In this document: positions 1 through 12,300 of the stretch, piece after piece
Position numbering within the stretch: position 1 is the stretch's first letter
How the letters are laid out: every line of letters starts with the position of its first letter
From: Eledone cirrhosa
Taxonomy: Eukaryota
Length of the DNA: 64,000 nucleotides
Assembly (NCBI GenBank): GCA_964016885.1
Contig: OZ024741.1
Location: 322,400,001 to 322,464,000, forward strand
Direction of reading: 5' to 3'
Program-made: the position numbers and the translations under genes
The notes under the pieces: generated by a model
The model's input: only the letters and a program-made list of their open reading frames with translations
What the model was told of the DNA's origin: nothing
Database searches by the model: none

Positions 1-86
<86 letters not shown>
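1..86. repeat. (CT)n followed by (AT)n microsatellite; 3' flank of the Penelope-like element
   Basis: Directly visible dinucleotide runs. Confidence 0.98.
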
Positions 87-89
<3 letters not shown>

Positions 90-171
90 AAAATTGAACG
101 GGAACAAAACAGAGAGGCAGTACGAACAAAGGTTTATGAGTTTCACGCTCTTGAGAGTGGGGCGGGGTGGG

Positions 172-206
172 GAACGACGTTTCGGGCATAAGCCCTTCTT
201 CAGGTG
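172..206 (-). ncRNA. Minimal type-I hammerhead ribozyme motif at the PLE 3' end
   Basis: Reverse complement CAC-CTGAAGA-A-GGGC-TTAT-GCCC-GAA-ACGT-C-GT. Core is canonical and stem III is palindromic, but stem I is only ~2 bp. Confidence 0.7.
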
Positions 207-1639
207 AAAAGTGTGTGGGAAGAGAGTTCAAAGGGTGTGTAGGGGAGTGGTGGAGAGACATATAGCAAAAAGTGGGTGAGAGGAAACGGTGCAAATGAAA
301 TTAAAAATAAAGGCATGATCAAAATAAAATTAAAATGGGGTAAAACAGGTGGTGGAAGGGTTTGGGGCGTGTAGGGGTGGTGGCGGGTGGAGTGGGTGGA
401 GGGAGACGGGGTGTCCGAGCGGGGAGGGCTGAAGGTGGTGTGTGTGTGTGTGTGTGTGTATGTGAAAGCAAGGGTTGGGGGAAGAACGGGGTTGCATGTT
501 CAGGAAGATGTGTGTGTGGGGTGGGGTGTAGGTCGGAGTGTGTGTGCGTGTGTGGATAGAGGGTGGGGGAAAGGATTCCGGAGGCTGAATGTGTAAATAT
601 GTGGTGGTACGCACGTGTGTGTGTGGTGTTTATGCGTGTTGTGGATGTAGGTGGCGTGTGGGAAAAAAATTTTTGTTGGGTGTATGTCTGGGGGTGAGTC
701 GTAAAGGTAATTCCGTAAAAGGATGTGGTGGAATGCTGAGTAAAATCCTTGGGATGCGGCAGATTCTCGGGATCAAGGTTCACATATGTGTAATCCGTGA
801 AGAGATTGGTCGGAAGAGGGGAGATGTGGGGTGCGCGCGCAATAGGAAGTGGTCAGAGGGTCAATGCAGGAGGAGGGTTGTGTGTCTGTGTGTGGGGGGA
901 GGTGGTCAGAGAGGCATAGCAGCAGTAGGGTAGAATGGTAAGTGAAGAAAGTCGGTGTGTCAGTGTGTGCAGAGGAGCGGTGGACAGAGGAGAGGATGGG
1001 TAGGTGTGAAAGTTGGAGTGAGGAGGGTGTGTGTATATTAGTAGAGGTGTTAGTGGGATGTGTGTGTGTTTGAGAAAGGGTGTGGGTGGAGCGGGAAGAG
1101 AAGGGTGTGGGGGCCGATGGAGGGAGTGTAGTGTACTGGTGTGTGTGTGGTGAAGGGGGTGTTAGTGTGTGTTAGTATACTGGAGGTGGAGAAAGGGTTG
1201 AATGCGGGTGTGAGTGGGGGTCAGTGGTGGTAGGTGTGTAGAGTGGGTGGTGTAAGAGGGTGTGTGTGTTCGTGTAGTAGGGTTTGGGGGTGTTAGTGAT
1301 GTTAGTTGCGTGTAGAGTGGGTGGTATAAGTGGGTATGTGTGTTCGTGTGCTTGGGGTCAGGGGATGTGTTAGTGATGTTAGTTGCGGGGTGGTGGGGTG
1401 GATGGGTGGGGGTGAGGGTTAGTGGTGGTAGTAGGGTGTGTGTTTAGTGTGAGCGCGTGTATATATGTACCGGTGGGTGTGTGCGTGTGATAAGGAGGGG
1501 GGAGAAGAAGGGAGGGATGTTAGTATGTTAGTTGGGGAAGGGTGGTCGGTTGTGGGGTGGAGGTGTTAGTATTGTTAGTTGTGGGGTGGGTGGTGAAAAG
1601 GAGGGGTGTGTTAGTAGTGTTAGTGGAGTATATGTGTGT

Positions 1640-4413
1640 GGGGGGGGGGTCGAAGGCTAAAGGAATAAGGGTGGGGAGTTTAGGCCGGGGGGAGTGTGGG
1701 TCTGTAGGGTGAAGATCGTTCGTTGTTCGACCCTTAGGAGAGTGGCGGGTGTTCCGTGGCATTGGAGTAGGCCACAGACTGTGAGGTGGTGTGCGGAATG
1801 TCCAGGGACACCAAAGTGGCGGGCGATGGGGGAACTACCACCGAGACGAATATCCCGGAAGTGCTCAGTAAATCTGTCAGCCAGGCGACGTCCAGTCTGT
1901 CCGACGTAAGTCGCGCTGCACTCCGTGCAGCGAAGTCCGTAGACCAGGTTGGAGGAGGTGCAGCGGAAGGCATGCCGGACAGAGAGAGAGTGGCCGTTGG
2001 GACCCTGGAAGGTGGTGGTGTTGGTGATGTGAGGACAGGTGTTGCAGCGGGGCCTAGAACAGGGAAAGGAACCGGGGGGGACAGAGCGTGGGTTGGGGGG
2101 TAGGGAGCTGTGGACAAGGAGGGTGCGGAGATTGCGTTCGCGTTTGAAGGAGGGGAGTGGTGGGGCTGGGAAGATGTGGGAGGTGGAGGGGTCGGACTGG
2201 AGGCAGAGGAAGAGGCAGAGGATGGTGCGGTGGAGGGGTATGGTGGAGGGGTGGTAGGTGATGGGGAAGGGAAGACGGTGGGTGGGTGTACGGTGGCGTG
2301 GGGTGAGGGTGGTGGAGCAGTGGACACCACGGGCGCGGGTGAGAGCGGTAGGGACAAGAGAGGGGGGGGAACCTCTGCGGATGAAATGGCTGACTAGGGA
2401 AAGGGCCTGGGACTCAAAGTCAGCATCTCGGCTGCAGAGGCGGCTGATCCTGAGGAGTTGGGAGTAGGGAATAGAGTGTTTAGTGTGTGTGGGGTGGGAA
2501 GAGGTGAAGTCGAGGTAGGAGTGGGAGTCGGTGGGTTTGAAGAAGGCGGAGGTGACGAGGGAGTGGTGGGAGGGGTCGAAGGCGACGGAGATGTCTAAGA
2601 AGTGGACGTGGGTGGTGGAGATAGAGGTGGTGAAGTGGAGGGAGGGGTGGAAGGAGCAGAAGAAGGAAAGAAAGGAGTCGAGCTTTCTCGGGCGAGGGTC
2701 GTGACTCCGATACAGTCGTCGATGTAACGACCGTACAGTTCGGGCGTGGGGCCGGTGTACTGGGCAAAGATTTGGGCCTCAACATGGCCAACAAAAAGGT
2801 TGGCATAGTTTGGCCCCATTCTTGTACCCATGGCTACCTGTTGGTAAAACTCACCCGAGAAGGAGAAACAGTTGAGGGTGAGGACCAGCTCAGCGAGGCG
2901 AAGGAGGGTGGGGGTGGAGGGGATGGGGGAGGGGCGAAGGTCGAGTTAGTGTTTGAGGGCGCGTAGGCCGTCGGCGTGGGGGATGACGGTATAGAGGGAC
3001 TTGATGTCTAGGGTGAAGAGGAAGGGTAGTGGGCCGGGTGGGTAGGTGAAGGAGTCGAAAAGGCGCAGGGCGTGGTTGGTGACGGAGATGTGGGAGGGGC
3101 GGGTGGTGACAAGGGGGGCGAGGATGGAGTCGAGAAAGGCGGAAATGAGTTCGGTGGGGCAGTTGCAAGCGGAGACGATGGGGCGGCCGGGGTTGTCGGG
3201 TTTGTGGAGTTTGGGGAGGAAGTAGATGGTGGGGGTGCGGGGGGGGGGGGGGGGGGATGAGGTGGGAAGCGGGGGGGGGGGAGGAGGAGACAAGGTGTTG
3301 GATGGTGGAGGAAACTTGTTGTTGGTAGAGGGGTGTGGGATCGGAGGGTAGAGGGCGGTAGAAGAGGGGGTTACGGAGCTGCCTGAGGGCTTCGGCCGTG
3401 TAGAGGTCCGCGCGTCACACCACCACGGCGCCTCCGTTGTCCGCCGGTTTGATGACGATGTCATCTCGGCTACGGAGGGAGCGGAGAGCGAAGAGTTCGC
3501 CCCGTGAGATGTTATTCCGTTTGGAACGGTGGCGGAAGTCGAAACGATTTACGGCGCTACGGCTGGCATCGACGAACGCGTCCAGGGTGCTAAATCCAAG
3601 AAGATGGTCGTCGGCCCAGGGCGAGAAACGGGTCTGGGGCGTTCGAAGCCGGTGGCGTTCGGCCGAAATGTGCCTGTAGCTTCGTGCGTCGCACGAATCG
3701 CTCGACTTCCGTTCGGGTGCGGAACTCGTCGCTGTGCGGAGTGTGGGGTATGAAGCGAAGGCCTCTACTAAGGAGTGAGCGCTCGGGTGCGGAGAGGGGG
3801 AGGTCAGGGGGTATGGTGACAACAAGTGGTGGGGTTTGGGTGTGTGAGGGGAGAAGGGGGGGGGGGGGGTGAGGTGAGGTGGAGGGGGAGATTGGGTAGG
3901 GGTGTGAGTGTCTCATAGGGATGGGCGGGTGGTGGTGGATGGGGGTGGTTGGGAGGCGTGAGTGTAGCTTGCGAGCTTTGGTGGAGGTGAGGAAGGAGAA
4001 GAGGTCGTGGTTGAGGTTTTGGATGAAGAGGAGGATGGCGTGGGCGAGGAGGGGGTGGCAGGTGGAGTTAAGGCGGAGAAGGGTGGGGGTCAGTTGGTGG
4101 TCAAGTTTGCGGAGGGTGGAGCGGGAGGCGCGGATGGAGTTGCGCATTAGGAGGCGTGAGGATCGGGTGAGGATACGTTGCGTGGAGGGGGAAGCGGGGT
4201 GGGAAGTGTGGAAGTGTAGATGGAAGCCGAGGGGGATAAGGTGGAGGCGGAGGCAGTGGCTGAGGAAATGGATATGGCTGGAGTGCCGGGTTTTGGCGAA
4301 GAGAAGGTAGGAGAGTTGAAGTGCAGAGGGGAGATAGCAGGGTGGGAGGAGGGGGGTGAGGAAAAGTTTGAACTTGTGTGTAGTTGGTGGAGAAAGGATC
4401 TCAGGCTGGGCAT
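1640..4413 (-). pseudogene. Frameshifted Penelope-like RT/GIY-YIG polyprotein
   Basis: Motifs are spread over several frames (3590-4147, 3415-3825, 2946-3464, 2595-2831, plus the endonuclease read manually at ~1680-2080). Confidence 0.85.
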
Positions 4414-4667
4414 GGTGGGCGTTTGGGTGAAAGCAGGGGGAGGGATGAGAGGGCAGGTGTGTGAAGCGGGGTGGTGTTGAACGAAGGAGTGAGTGCGAAG
4501 GATAGGCAGAGACGGGGAAGGGAAAATGAAACAGAAAAAACGTAAGGAGGGGAGAGTATACACAGGAAAATCAAAGACAAAAAATCATAAACGTAAAAAC
4601 ACAGGAAATCGTGGACAAAAAATCAGAGAAAGAAATAAAATCGTAAAAATCGTACTTTATTATCGAA

Positions 4668-4748
4668 GCTGTGATACATATTTCAATGACGATCGTGGCT
4701 ACGTGATTGTTCAATCGTGTAACCAGTCGCGTGATCTCATCAGACAGC
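4668..4748 (-). ncRNA. Type-I hammerhead ribozyme with long stem II
   Basis: Reverse complement GCTGT-CTGATGA-[GAT...TGGTTAC..GATTG-AA-CAATC..GTAGCCA...ATT]-GAAA-TATGTAT-C-ACAGC, followed by AATAAA. Stem I is a perfect 5 bp. Confidence 0.85.
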
Positions 4749-4855
4749 ATCATTATGTAATAAGGTTACGTTTCCGAGGCAAGCCAAACCAAATGCAAAA
4801 TACAAGGGAATGGATAAAATAAAAAATGTTTTCATAGCCGGTTTCATAGCAAAAA

Positions 4856-4911
<56 letters not shown>

Positions 4912-5779
4912 CAATGGCCTGGTTACATAAGATCCTTGCAACATCGTCATGTGTATTTGTAATGGAATTCCCAGGTCAACTCAATATGTGACACGGCTGG
5001 AACTTTCAATTACAAGTAACATCCATCTGATAGGCATCCACATATTTTCCGTCTATCACATTTCATTCACAAGTGTACTCTCAATCGCTTCACACCATGA
5101 AACTGGGATAAACACCGGAATAACGAGCCTTCTGGCGTAAGATAGACTATTGGGTATGCTATGTGGAGCATTCGTCCAAGCAAGGTAAGCCCACTTAACA
5201 TTTCTTCGAATTTTTTGCTTTATAAACTGTGCTTTCTCCCTTCCTAGTCCATCTCCATTACAATGTTTCGTTGCATAGCAAGCTTCTGTGAAGTTAAATT
5301 ATATACTCTATCCATATCAGCTTGCTTTCTGTTGTTGGCATCAAAATATCAAACTGTTTAAAGTTAAAGAATGTCATAAGCCTGAGCTTATTCACATTTC
5401 ATTGGCATTAAGCGACTGAAAGTACAAGGCACCCTCTTCGACACGAAGCCAGTCCATAGTGGCGTTAACCTCCACGGCCAGCAACCTACCGATTTACCAA
5501 AATCTTTTAAAAAATACCTTTCTTTCTATTTTTGGCATTGCTGTTGATCGCATATCACAGTTGGGACGAGAAGGAACTGCAAACAAGGTTAAATATTTCA
5601 TTTATATTTAGTGATATAGATATTATATACGCATATCCACGTACATTTAAAACACAAACAAAACACGTTCACAGATATATAATTGATTGCTTTATAAACT
5701 AGCTATTTTTAAGGATATGCATCTGTATATGCACATATGTACTCATGTATACGCAAATACACATGTGTCTCTCTCTCCC

Positions 5780-5782
<3 letters not shown>

Positions 5783-5870
<88 letters not shown>

Positions 5871-5933
5871 AGGTGCCCCAGCATGGCCTCAGCCGGATGG
5901 CTGAAACAGGTAAAAGAGTAAAAGAGTATATAA

Positions 5934-5967
<34 letters not shown>

Positions 5968-6017
5968 AATATATATGTATGTATATAATATATGTGTATA
6001 TAAATATATATATATTT

Positions 6018-6064
<47 letters not shown>

Positions 6065-6118
6065 TATATATATATGTGTGTGTGTGTGTAATATATATGT
6101 ATGTATATAATATATGTG

Positions 6119-6194
<76 letters not shown>

Positions 6195-6259
6195 TATATA
6201 TATATATACACACATATATATGTGTGTGTGTGTGTATGCATACATATTTATATATATAG

Positions 6260-6328
<69 letters not shown>

Positions 6329-6390
6329 TATATGCGTGTGTTTTTGTTAGTGTATATATGTATATGTGTAAATGTATGTATATATACAAC
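5783..6390. repeat. Compound (CT)n/(AT)n/(TG)n microsatellite region with a local duplication
   Basis: Directly visible; the block tgtgtgtaatatatatgtatgtatataatatatgtgtatataaat occurs twice. Confidence 0.9.
5867..5928 (+). mobile_element. Short retroposon 3'-tail fragment in (AT)n; second copy at 21923-21991
   Basis: Two near-identical copies of cccagc(a/g)tggcctcagccggatggctg(a/g)aacaggtaaaagagtaaaagagta, ending in a tandem tail. Confidence 0.6.
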
Positions 6391-6504
6391 TATATACACA
6401 AACAGAATTATGGTGAGGAAATCGGTATTCAGCTATTTCTAAAGCAAGGCACGGTTCTAGTTTGTTGAAAAACATTGATTAGGATACGTGTGTGACATAC
6501 TGGA

Positions 6505-6957
6505 TGGTTTGATGGAGTGGTGGTGGTGGTGGTGGTGGTTGGATGGTGTTGGTGGTGGTGGTGGTGGTGGTGGTGGTGGTTGGTGTTGGTGGTGGTGGTG
6601 GTGGTGGTGGTGGTAGTCGGATGGTGTTGGTGGTGGTTGTGGTGGTAATCGGATGGTGGTGGTGGTTGTGGTGGTAGTCGGATGGTGGTGGTGGTTGTGG
6701 TTGTGGTGGTTGTGGTGGTAATCGGATGGTGTTGGTGGTGGTTGTGGTGGTAATCGGATGGTGTTGGTGGTGGTTGTGGTGGTGGTGGTTGTGGTGGTAG
6801 TCGGATGGTGTTGGTGGTGGCGGTGGTTGTGGTGGTAGTCGGATGGTGTTGGTGGGATAGTGTTAATTGGATGGTGATGTTAGGTGCAGGTGATGGGGTA
6901 TGGTAGTAGTGTTGGTAGTGGATATGATTGTGACCGTGGCGGTGGTTGTGGTGGTGG
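6505..6957. repeat. (GGT)n-derived minisatellite
   Basis: Repeated unit tcggatggtgttggtggtggttgtggtggta(a/g). Confidence 0.9.
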
Positions 6958-7190
6958 AATATTCCAAGAAACACAGCAGTCTGAAGGAACTACAATAGAT
7001 CTGATAATGATGTTATAGGATGAAGGAGAAAAGTCCTGTGCAGTTGTAGATGTCAGCTGTCCGAAGGATATTAGTATTTCGTCCAAATTGTGAAACTAAA
7101 GATTATCTTTGGTTAACTTGTATTTCTCTGTGAACATTCTATCGTACCTGTTATATAGTATCATATCATAAGGAACAACGAACATTTACT
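6952..7190 (+). mobile_element. Decayed restriction-like endonuclease fragment of an R4/Dong-type non-LTR element
   Basis: WWNIP... and DEGEKSCAVVDVSCPKDISISSK resemble WWDVP...DREKKACTVVGVSCPADANIISK at 61731-62240. Confidence 0.55.
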
Positions 7191-7245
7191 GATGGCTGGG
7201 ATGTGTTGGGTTTCATGAATGTATAGGCCCGCAGCACCAGTCAAA

Positions 7246-7292
<47 letters not shown>

Positions 7293-7422
7293 GCGTAGAA
7301 ACGTCCGTAATCTCCAGCGGACAACTGATGATGGGAAATATCTCCCGTTTGTGCTTTCCTCTTATTTATATATTATATATATATATATATATGTATTATT
7401 ATTATTATTATTATTATTATTA

Positions 7423-9359
7423 GATAGGTTGGACCATCGGTATCTGGAGTTTGTCCTCAGAGCAGCTGACTTCGGCCCTATGTTCAGAAGCTCGATCGTT
7501 ACAATGCACAGCGGCACACGCTCGGTGGTCAAGGTTAATGGCCACCTCTCGGAACCATTTCGGCTCTCCCGATCGGTCCGTCAAGGGAGCCCTCTCTCTT
7601 CCCCTCTGTACATATTTGCTCTCGAGCCTTTACTGCGGAAGCTGGAGCTGTTGCAGGGCATCCCGCTCGAATGGGACGTGGAAGGGCAGTGTCGGCTTAT
7701 GCGGACGACATCACCGTGATGGTATCGAACACCTCAGAGATCGAGGTGGTCGGCACCTTATTGAAGGAATATGAAAGGTTGACAGGAGCCAAACTTAACC
7801 CGGAAAAGTCGGTGGGCTTGCAAGTCGGAACATGGAGAGGCAGGCCCATGCCATCCAACAGCATCGTGGGGCGCTGGACGGACGGAATGGTAAAGTTGCT
7901 CGTGGTTTGGTTCGGACCAGACCTCCAGGTGGAAAAGAATTGGGACGAGGTAACGAGTAGAGTAGCCAGTCTCACCCAAAAATGGGCTAGGAAGAAGCTA
8001 TCACTGAAAGATCGGGCGGAGGTGGCGAATGCGTACATCGCGTCCGTCATCTACTACCGCCTGACCGTCGTGCCTTGCCCCCGTCCGCGCCTCGTCAAGT
8101 TGGAACGGCTCCTCTTTAAATTCTTGTGGAAGGGACAAGTTCCGTTGGTGAGGCGGCCCATCTGCTGCCAGCACCCTCTACGCGGAGGGCTGGGCATGCC
8201 GTGGCTAATGATGCGCAGACATGCGCTGAGGCTGCGACATCTCCAGATATTCTGCCAAACGGTGAACAGGTGTGGTCGCCGTTTATCAGACGGGCCTTTC
8301 CGCAACTCATTTCTTTGACTGAGCTGCAGTCCTGGGTCAAGAAGAGACCGAGACTGGGTGACTGGGACCTGGAATGTTGCCAGGCACTCACTGCCCTCTA
8401 CCAAGCGGGCCATGCGATCAGTGGAACTTCCACTCTCGAGTTCTATAGAGGATTAGTGGTGGGCAAGTGCGATGACGGACTCGGAGAAGCTTTGGGCCTC
8501 GACGAAGTCGAACTGACTAGTCTGTATTTGAGGACTTTCGAGCCGAAAACGATGGACAATTTCCAGAAATCCCTCGCTTGGCAGTGCTACCGGGGGGGGG
8601 GGGGGGGGCACTGCCGGCTCGGGATAAACTCTACAGGCATGGAAGTGCTGTCAGACGGACCTGCCTAAGATGCGCACAGAACGACGAAACCGTTCTGCAC
8701 GCACTTGTCCAATATCCGTGCATTACCGACTTGTGGAGTTATGTCGAACAGCTACTGTCGCATGTGGAATGAATCTGGCTATCGGTCGAGTCCATAGTGA
8801 AGATCGACCCGCCGCCTTCCTTAGGTCAGGAAGAGCAGGAAATTTTTCTCTGTCTGGAGGCAGTTGCGAAAGAGGTTATATGGTGGACCAGGTTAAAAGG
8901 ACTGAAGACAGATACTTTTCTCTTCGGCCAATCCCTCATCAACTTCTTCAAGTTTCACCTGGAAAGGAAGGTGAAGGTGGAGAATGAAGTGCTGACACCC
9001 CCCCTCCCCCAGTACATTTGCTAAAAGGTGGATGAATGTGGTGAGAATGGCTCGTGTGAATGGGCCTACTCTTACCATGCGCCTATAGGCTAGCTAACTT
9101 GAGGAGAGGGGTGCTCTCCCTGGGTGCCCTAGAAGCGCAGGGTAGTTCAGGATTGGTGGGGTACCCGAGTCACCCCAGGGTCGTCCACCCCTATCGGGGA
9201 ATTCATTTTGTTGTGCATAGTTTATTTTATATTCTTACATCTTCATTGTTAAATTAGTCTTGCTATTGTGCACTTTTACTCGACCTATTGTAAACCCCCA
9301 CTGTCCCTGTCTTTGTATTGTCCCCTACATGTCGGCCCTTGTGGCTAATAAATGAAATC
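7423..9359 (+). mobile_element. 5'-truncated Tx1/L1-type LINE, subfamily A (copy 1)
   Basis: RT motifs SVRQGSPLS and SAYADD, decayed C-terminal zinc knuckle, 3' UTR ending aataaatgaaatc. Flanked by (ATT)n at 7394-7421 and 9360-9380. Confidence 0.92.
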
Positions 9360-9380
9360 ATTATTATTATTATTATTATT

Positions 9381-12300
9381 GGTCTAAGTGGACGTATTTT
9401 GCTCGCTCACAGTAAGTCGCTTTATTTGCCTGTTTAAATTATTTGTTGTTAAATATTTCTTGTTGTGTAAGGGATATAAGCCCTTAGACTTTGCCCCGTG
9501 AAGGGGAAAGTATAATATTTGGGCCTCTTGGCCCAAATATTTGAACTTTTTTTACATGTTAAAAAATTTACGAAGAAAAAAAATCATGGCTGAGCCACGC
9601 CCCCCCCAGCAATATGTCGGCTGTCGTGCGACAACGACGTAGAAGTTGAGAGGAGCGCTACAGCGAAATTAACACACATTGATAACACAAACACCACCAC
9701 AAACAAGGTAAACAAAGACACCAATGATACCAATAAGAACTCTAATTTGAAAAAAATGACAGTAACAGCGACAACGAAAATACAGATAACAAAAAAAAAA
9801 AATAACAAATACAACAACAATATCAACACCACTAACATGAAAACAAATAGCGACAACACCAACAGCAACAATACCAACTGCACCGAGAACAACGGTGGCA
9901 GCAAAGACAACAATGATAACAGCGACAGTGCTAACAACACCAACAAGAACAACGTCAACAACATCCCCAACGAAAACAAGACCACTTTCGCTGCGGCAGC
10001 AGCAAAAAAGAGGCCATGCTTCAACATGGACCTCTCAAACAAAGATGAAAAGTTGGCCCAGGCATGGAAGCTCATCAAGCAAGAGCAAACTTGGGCCAAC
10101 TTAACTGTCCCGGTAGAAGCTATTGAGGCAGTGGAGCGCAAAACGGTGCATTATAGATGCATCTCAGCACAGACCAAAAGGGCAGCGTTAATCCCACAAG
10201 AAGATATCGAAGTCGCGCTGAGGTGCATCAGAGAAGACACCCAGTACATAGAGAGGGGCAGACAGTACGGCACCATTTCGGTGTTGTTCAAGTCAGAAGC
10301 CCTCGCGATGAAACACGCCATGACTCCTTGCAAAACCAGCAAGGTCATAATGTACCCCTCCGACATGGGAAAAAGAACGGCCCGTCTCCGCATTTCCAGA
10401 ATCCCACCAGGACTTGACATGTGGTGGCTTCTGGGATGTGTGATTGTGGAGGGGACGGATACAGTCCCTATAGAAGTGACCAGAACGGCTAGAGAGGACT
10501 GGTCCGGGGTTGACCTGGAGATCCTTCTCCAGATCAGGCCCGAGAATGTGAAGACAACCCGGACCACATCCGCCTTCAGAATGGGACGGTCATTCACATT
10601 ATGACCGAAGGCAAAAGGCCGTAGTGTTTTGTTTGTGGGGAAAAAACCCATTTGTGAGCCTTCTGCCCTCAACTGCTGAAAGAGGCAAGGGGTCGAAAGG
10701 CTCCACTGCTGCCGACGCCGGGGCGAGGACCACAACCAACACCTGCACCGGCAAAACCACCAACAACAACACCAATAGAAAAAACACCACCAACATTGAC
10801 CACCCAGGGGGGAAACGAGGAAAGCTGTCAAATTCCGTTTTGGAACGGTCGCCAATTCAGATCACAAGTTTGTGATCTGTATGGTCGACCTAGATAAGAC
10901 GCGTAGGTTAGGACCTGGTTACTGGAAGCTAAACATGTCATTTCCGGCACGTAAGGCTTACAGGGACCAGGTCAACAATTTAGTTAAGAAAAAGTTGACA
11001 GGGGGAGTCGTCAACAATCGATCGTGGGGGGCTCTCAAAAGAGAGATTAGAGTAATGTCGATAGAGTTTAGCAAAGAAATAGCATTAGAGAAAAATAGGA
11101 AGGAGGGGGGGGGGTAGATAAGTTAGACGAGGCTATTGGTAGTGGCATTGCAACTGATGTGCTAGCGGCGAGAATGGCATTAGACCATTTCTTCAATGCG
11201 AAACACGAAGGTTGCATTGTCAGAGCTAAGGCGCGTACTCTGAGAAACGAGGGAACCAAAGCTGTTCGATGGGCCCGCGTGGCAGAGGCGCAGCGTGGTA
11301 ATAAAACCACGATTCGGTCTTTGACGGACCGAGACGGGCATGAGCTGAGCGATTCCAAGAGGATGTGTGAGGCCTTTCGCCAACATTTTGCTCGGTTGTT
11401 CGGGGGAAGTGGCGGGTCAGAGATGGTGGCGGACTTCAGTCCCTACCTCGATGGCTTGCCGCAACTCTCGACGACTGACGCTGGGCGCTGCGAAAGGCCA
11501 ATTAGTTCAGCCGAGATTCAGGATGCCCTTGTAGGCTGCATGAGGCGCAAGTCACCCGGTTTGGATGGTCTGCCCTACGAGCTTTACGTAAATATGCCAG
11601 ACTTGTTCTCCAATCCCCTCGAAGCTCTCTACTGCAACTGTCAGCAAAACGGGAGTATTCCCAGTTCTGTGAGCCGGGGCGTAGTGACGCTGATAAGGAA
11701 AGACGAGAACAACAGGGACACATTAGACAATTTCAGGTCCATAACTCTGCTCAACACAGAGTTTAAGATTTTGGCCAGGGTGTTAGCGAAGAGGTTAGCG
11801 CTTGTCGTCGGGGATTTGATTGGGGAGGCGCAAACTTGCGCAATCCCAACCAGGTCCATACACGACAACCTCCACCTAATGCGATACATCATAGAGAGGG
11901 TAGGGTGTAAACCTGGCTTCGGTGGGACTCTGATCAATTTAGAGCAATCGAAAGCATTCGATAGGGTCGACCATCGGTACCTGGAGGCTGTCCTCAAGGT
12001 GGCTGGCTTCGGCCCCGTATTCAGAAGCTGGATCGCTGCAATGTACAGCGGCACCGGCTCGGTGGTCAAAATTAATGGCCACCTCTCGGAACCGTTTCAG
12101 GTCTCCCGATCGGTCCGTCAAGGGTGCCCTCTCTCCTCCCTTCTGTACGTATTGACTCTCGAGCCTTTACTGCGGAAGCTGGAGCTGTTGCAGGGCATCC
12201 CGCTCGAACCGGGACGCGGAAAGGTTGTGTCGGCTTATGCGGACGACATCACCGTGATGGTGTCGGACACCTCAGAAATCGAGGTGGTCGGCAACTTATT

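Larger units (their letters stand above)
87..4858 (-). mobile_element. Near full-length Penelope-like retroelement (Neptune-like, RT + C-terminal GIY-YIG) between (AT)n tracts
   Basis: Minus-strand fragments HIHFLSHCLRLHLIPLGF, DDIVIKPADNGGAVVV, IYFLPKLHKPDNPGRPIVS, LDIKSLYTVIPH, MGTRMGPNYANLF, YGRYIDDC, Cys linker CSRPRCNTC and GIY-YIG NLVYGLRCTECSATYVGQTGRRLADRFTEH. (AT)n lies on both sides and there are HHR motifs near both ends. Confidence 0.9.

Noticed and set aside
5255-5295. Minus-strand TTGC-TAT-GCAA-C-GAAACATTGTA hammerhead-like half
   Set aside because: The CUGANGA box and stem I are not recoverable.
5687-6468. Many ORFs rich in YI/CV/HT/MYVC repeats here and throughout the window
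   Set aside because: They are translations of (AT)n, (TG)n and (TATG)n microsatellites, not genes.
7291-7367. GAAACGTC and CTGATGA close together
   Set aside because: No consistent hammerhead topology; at most a truncated PLE end.
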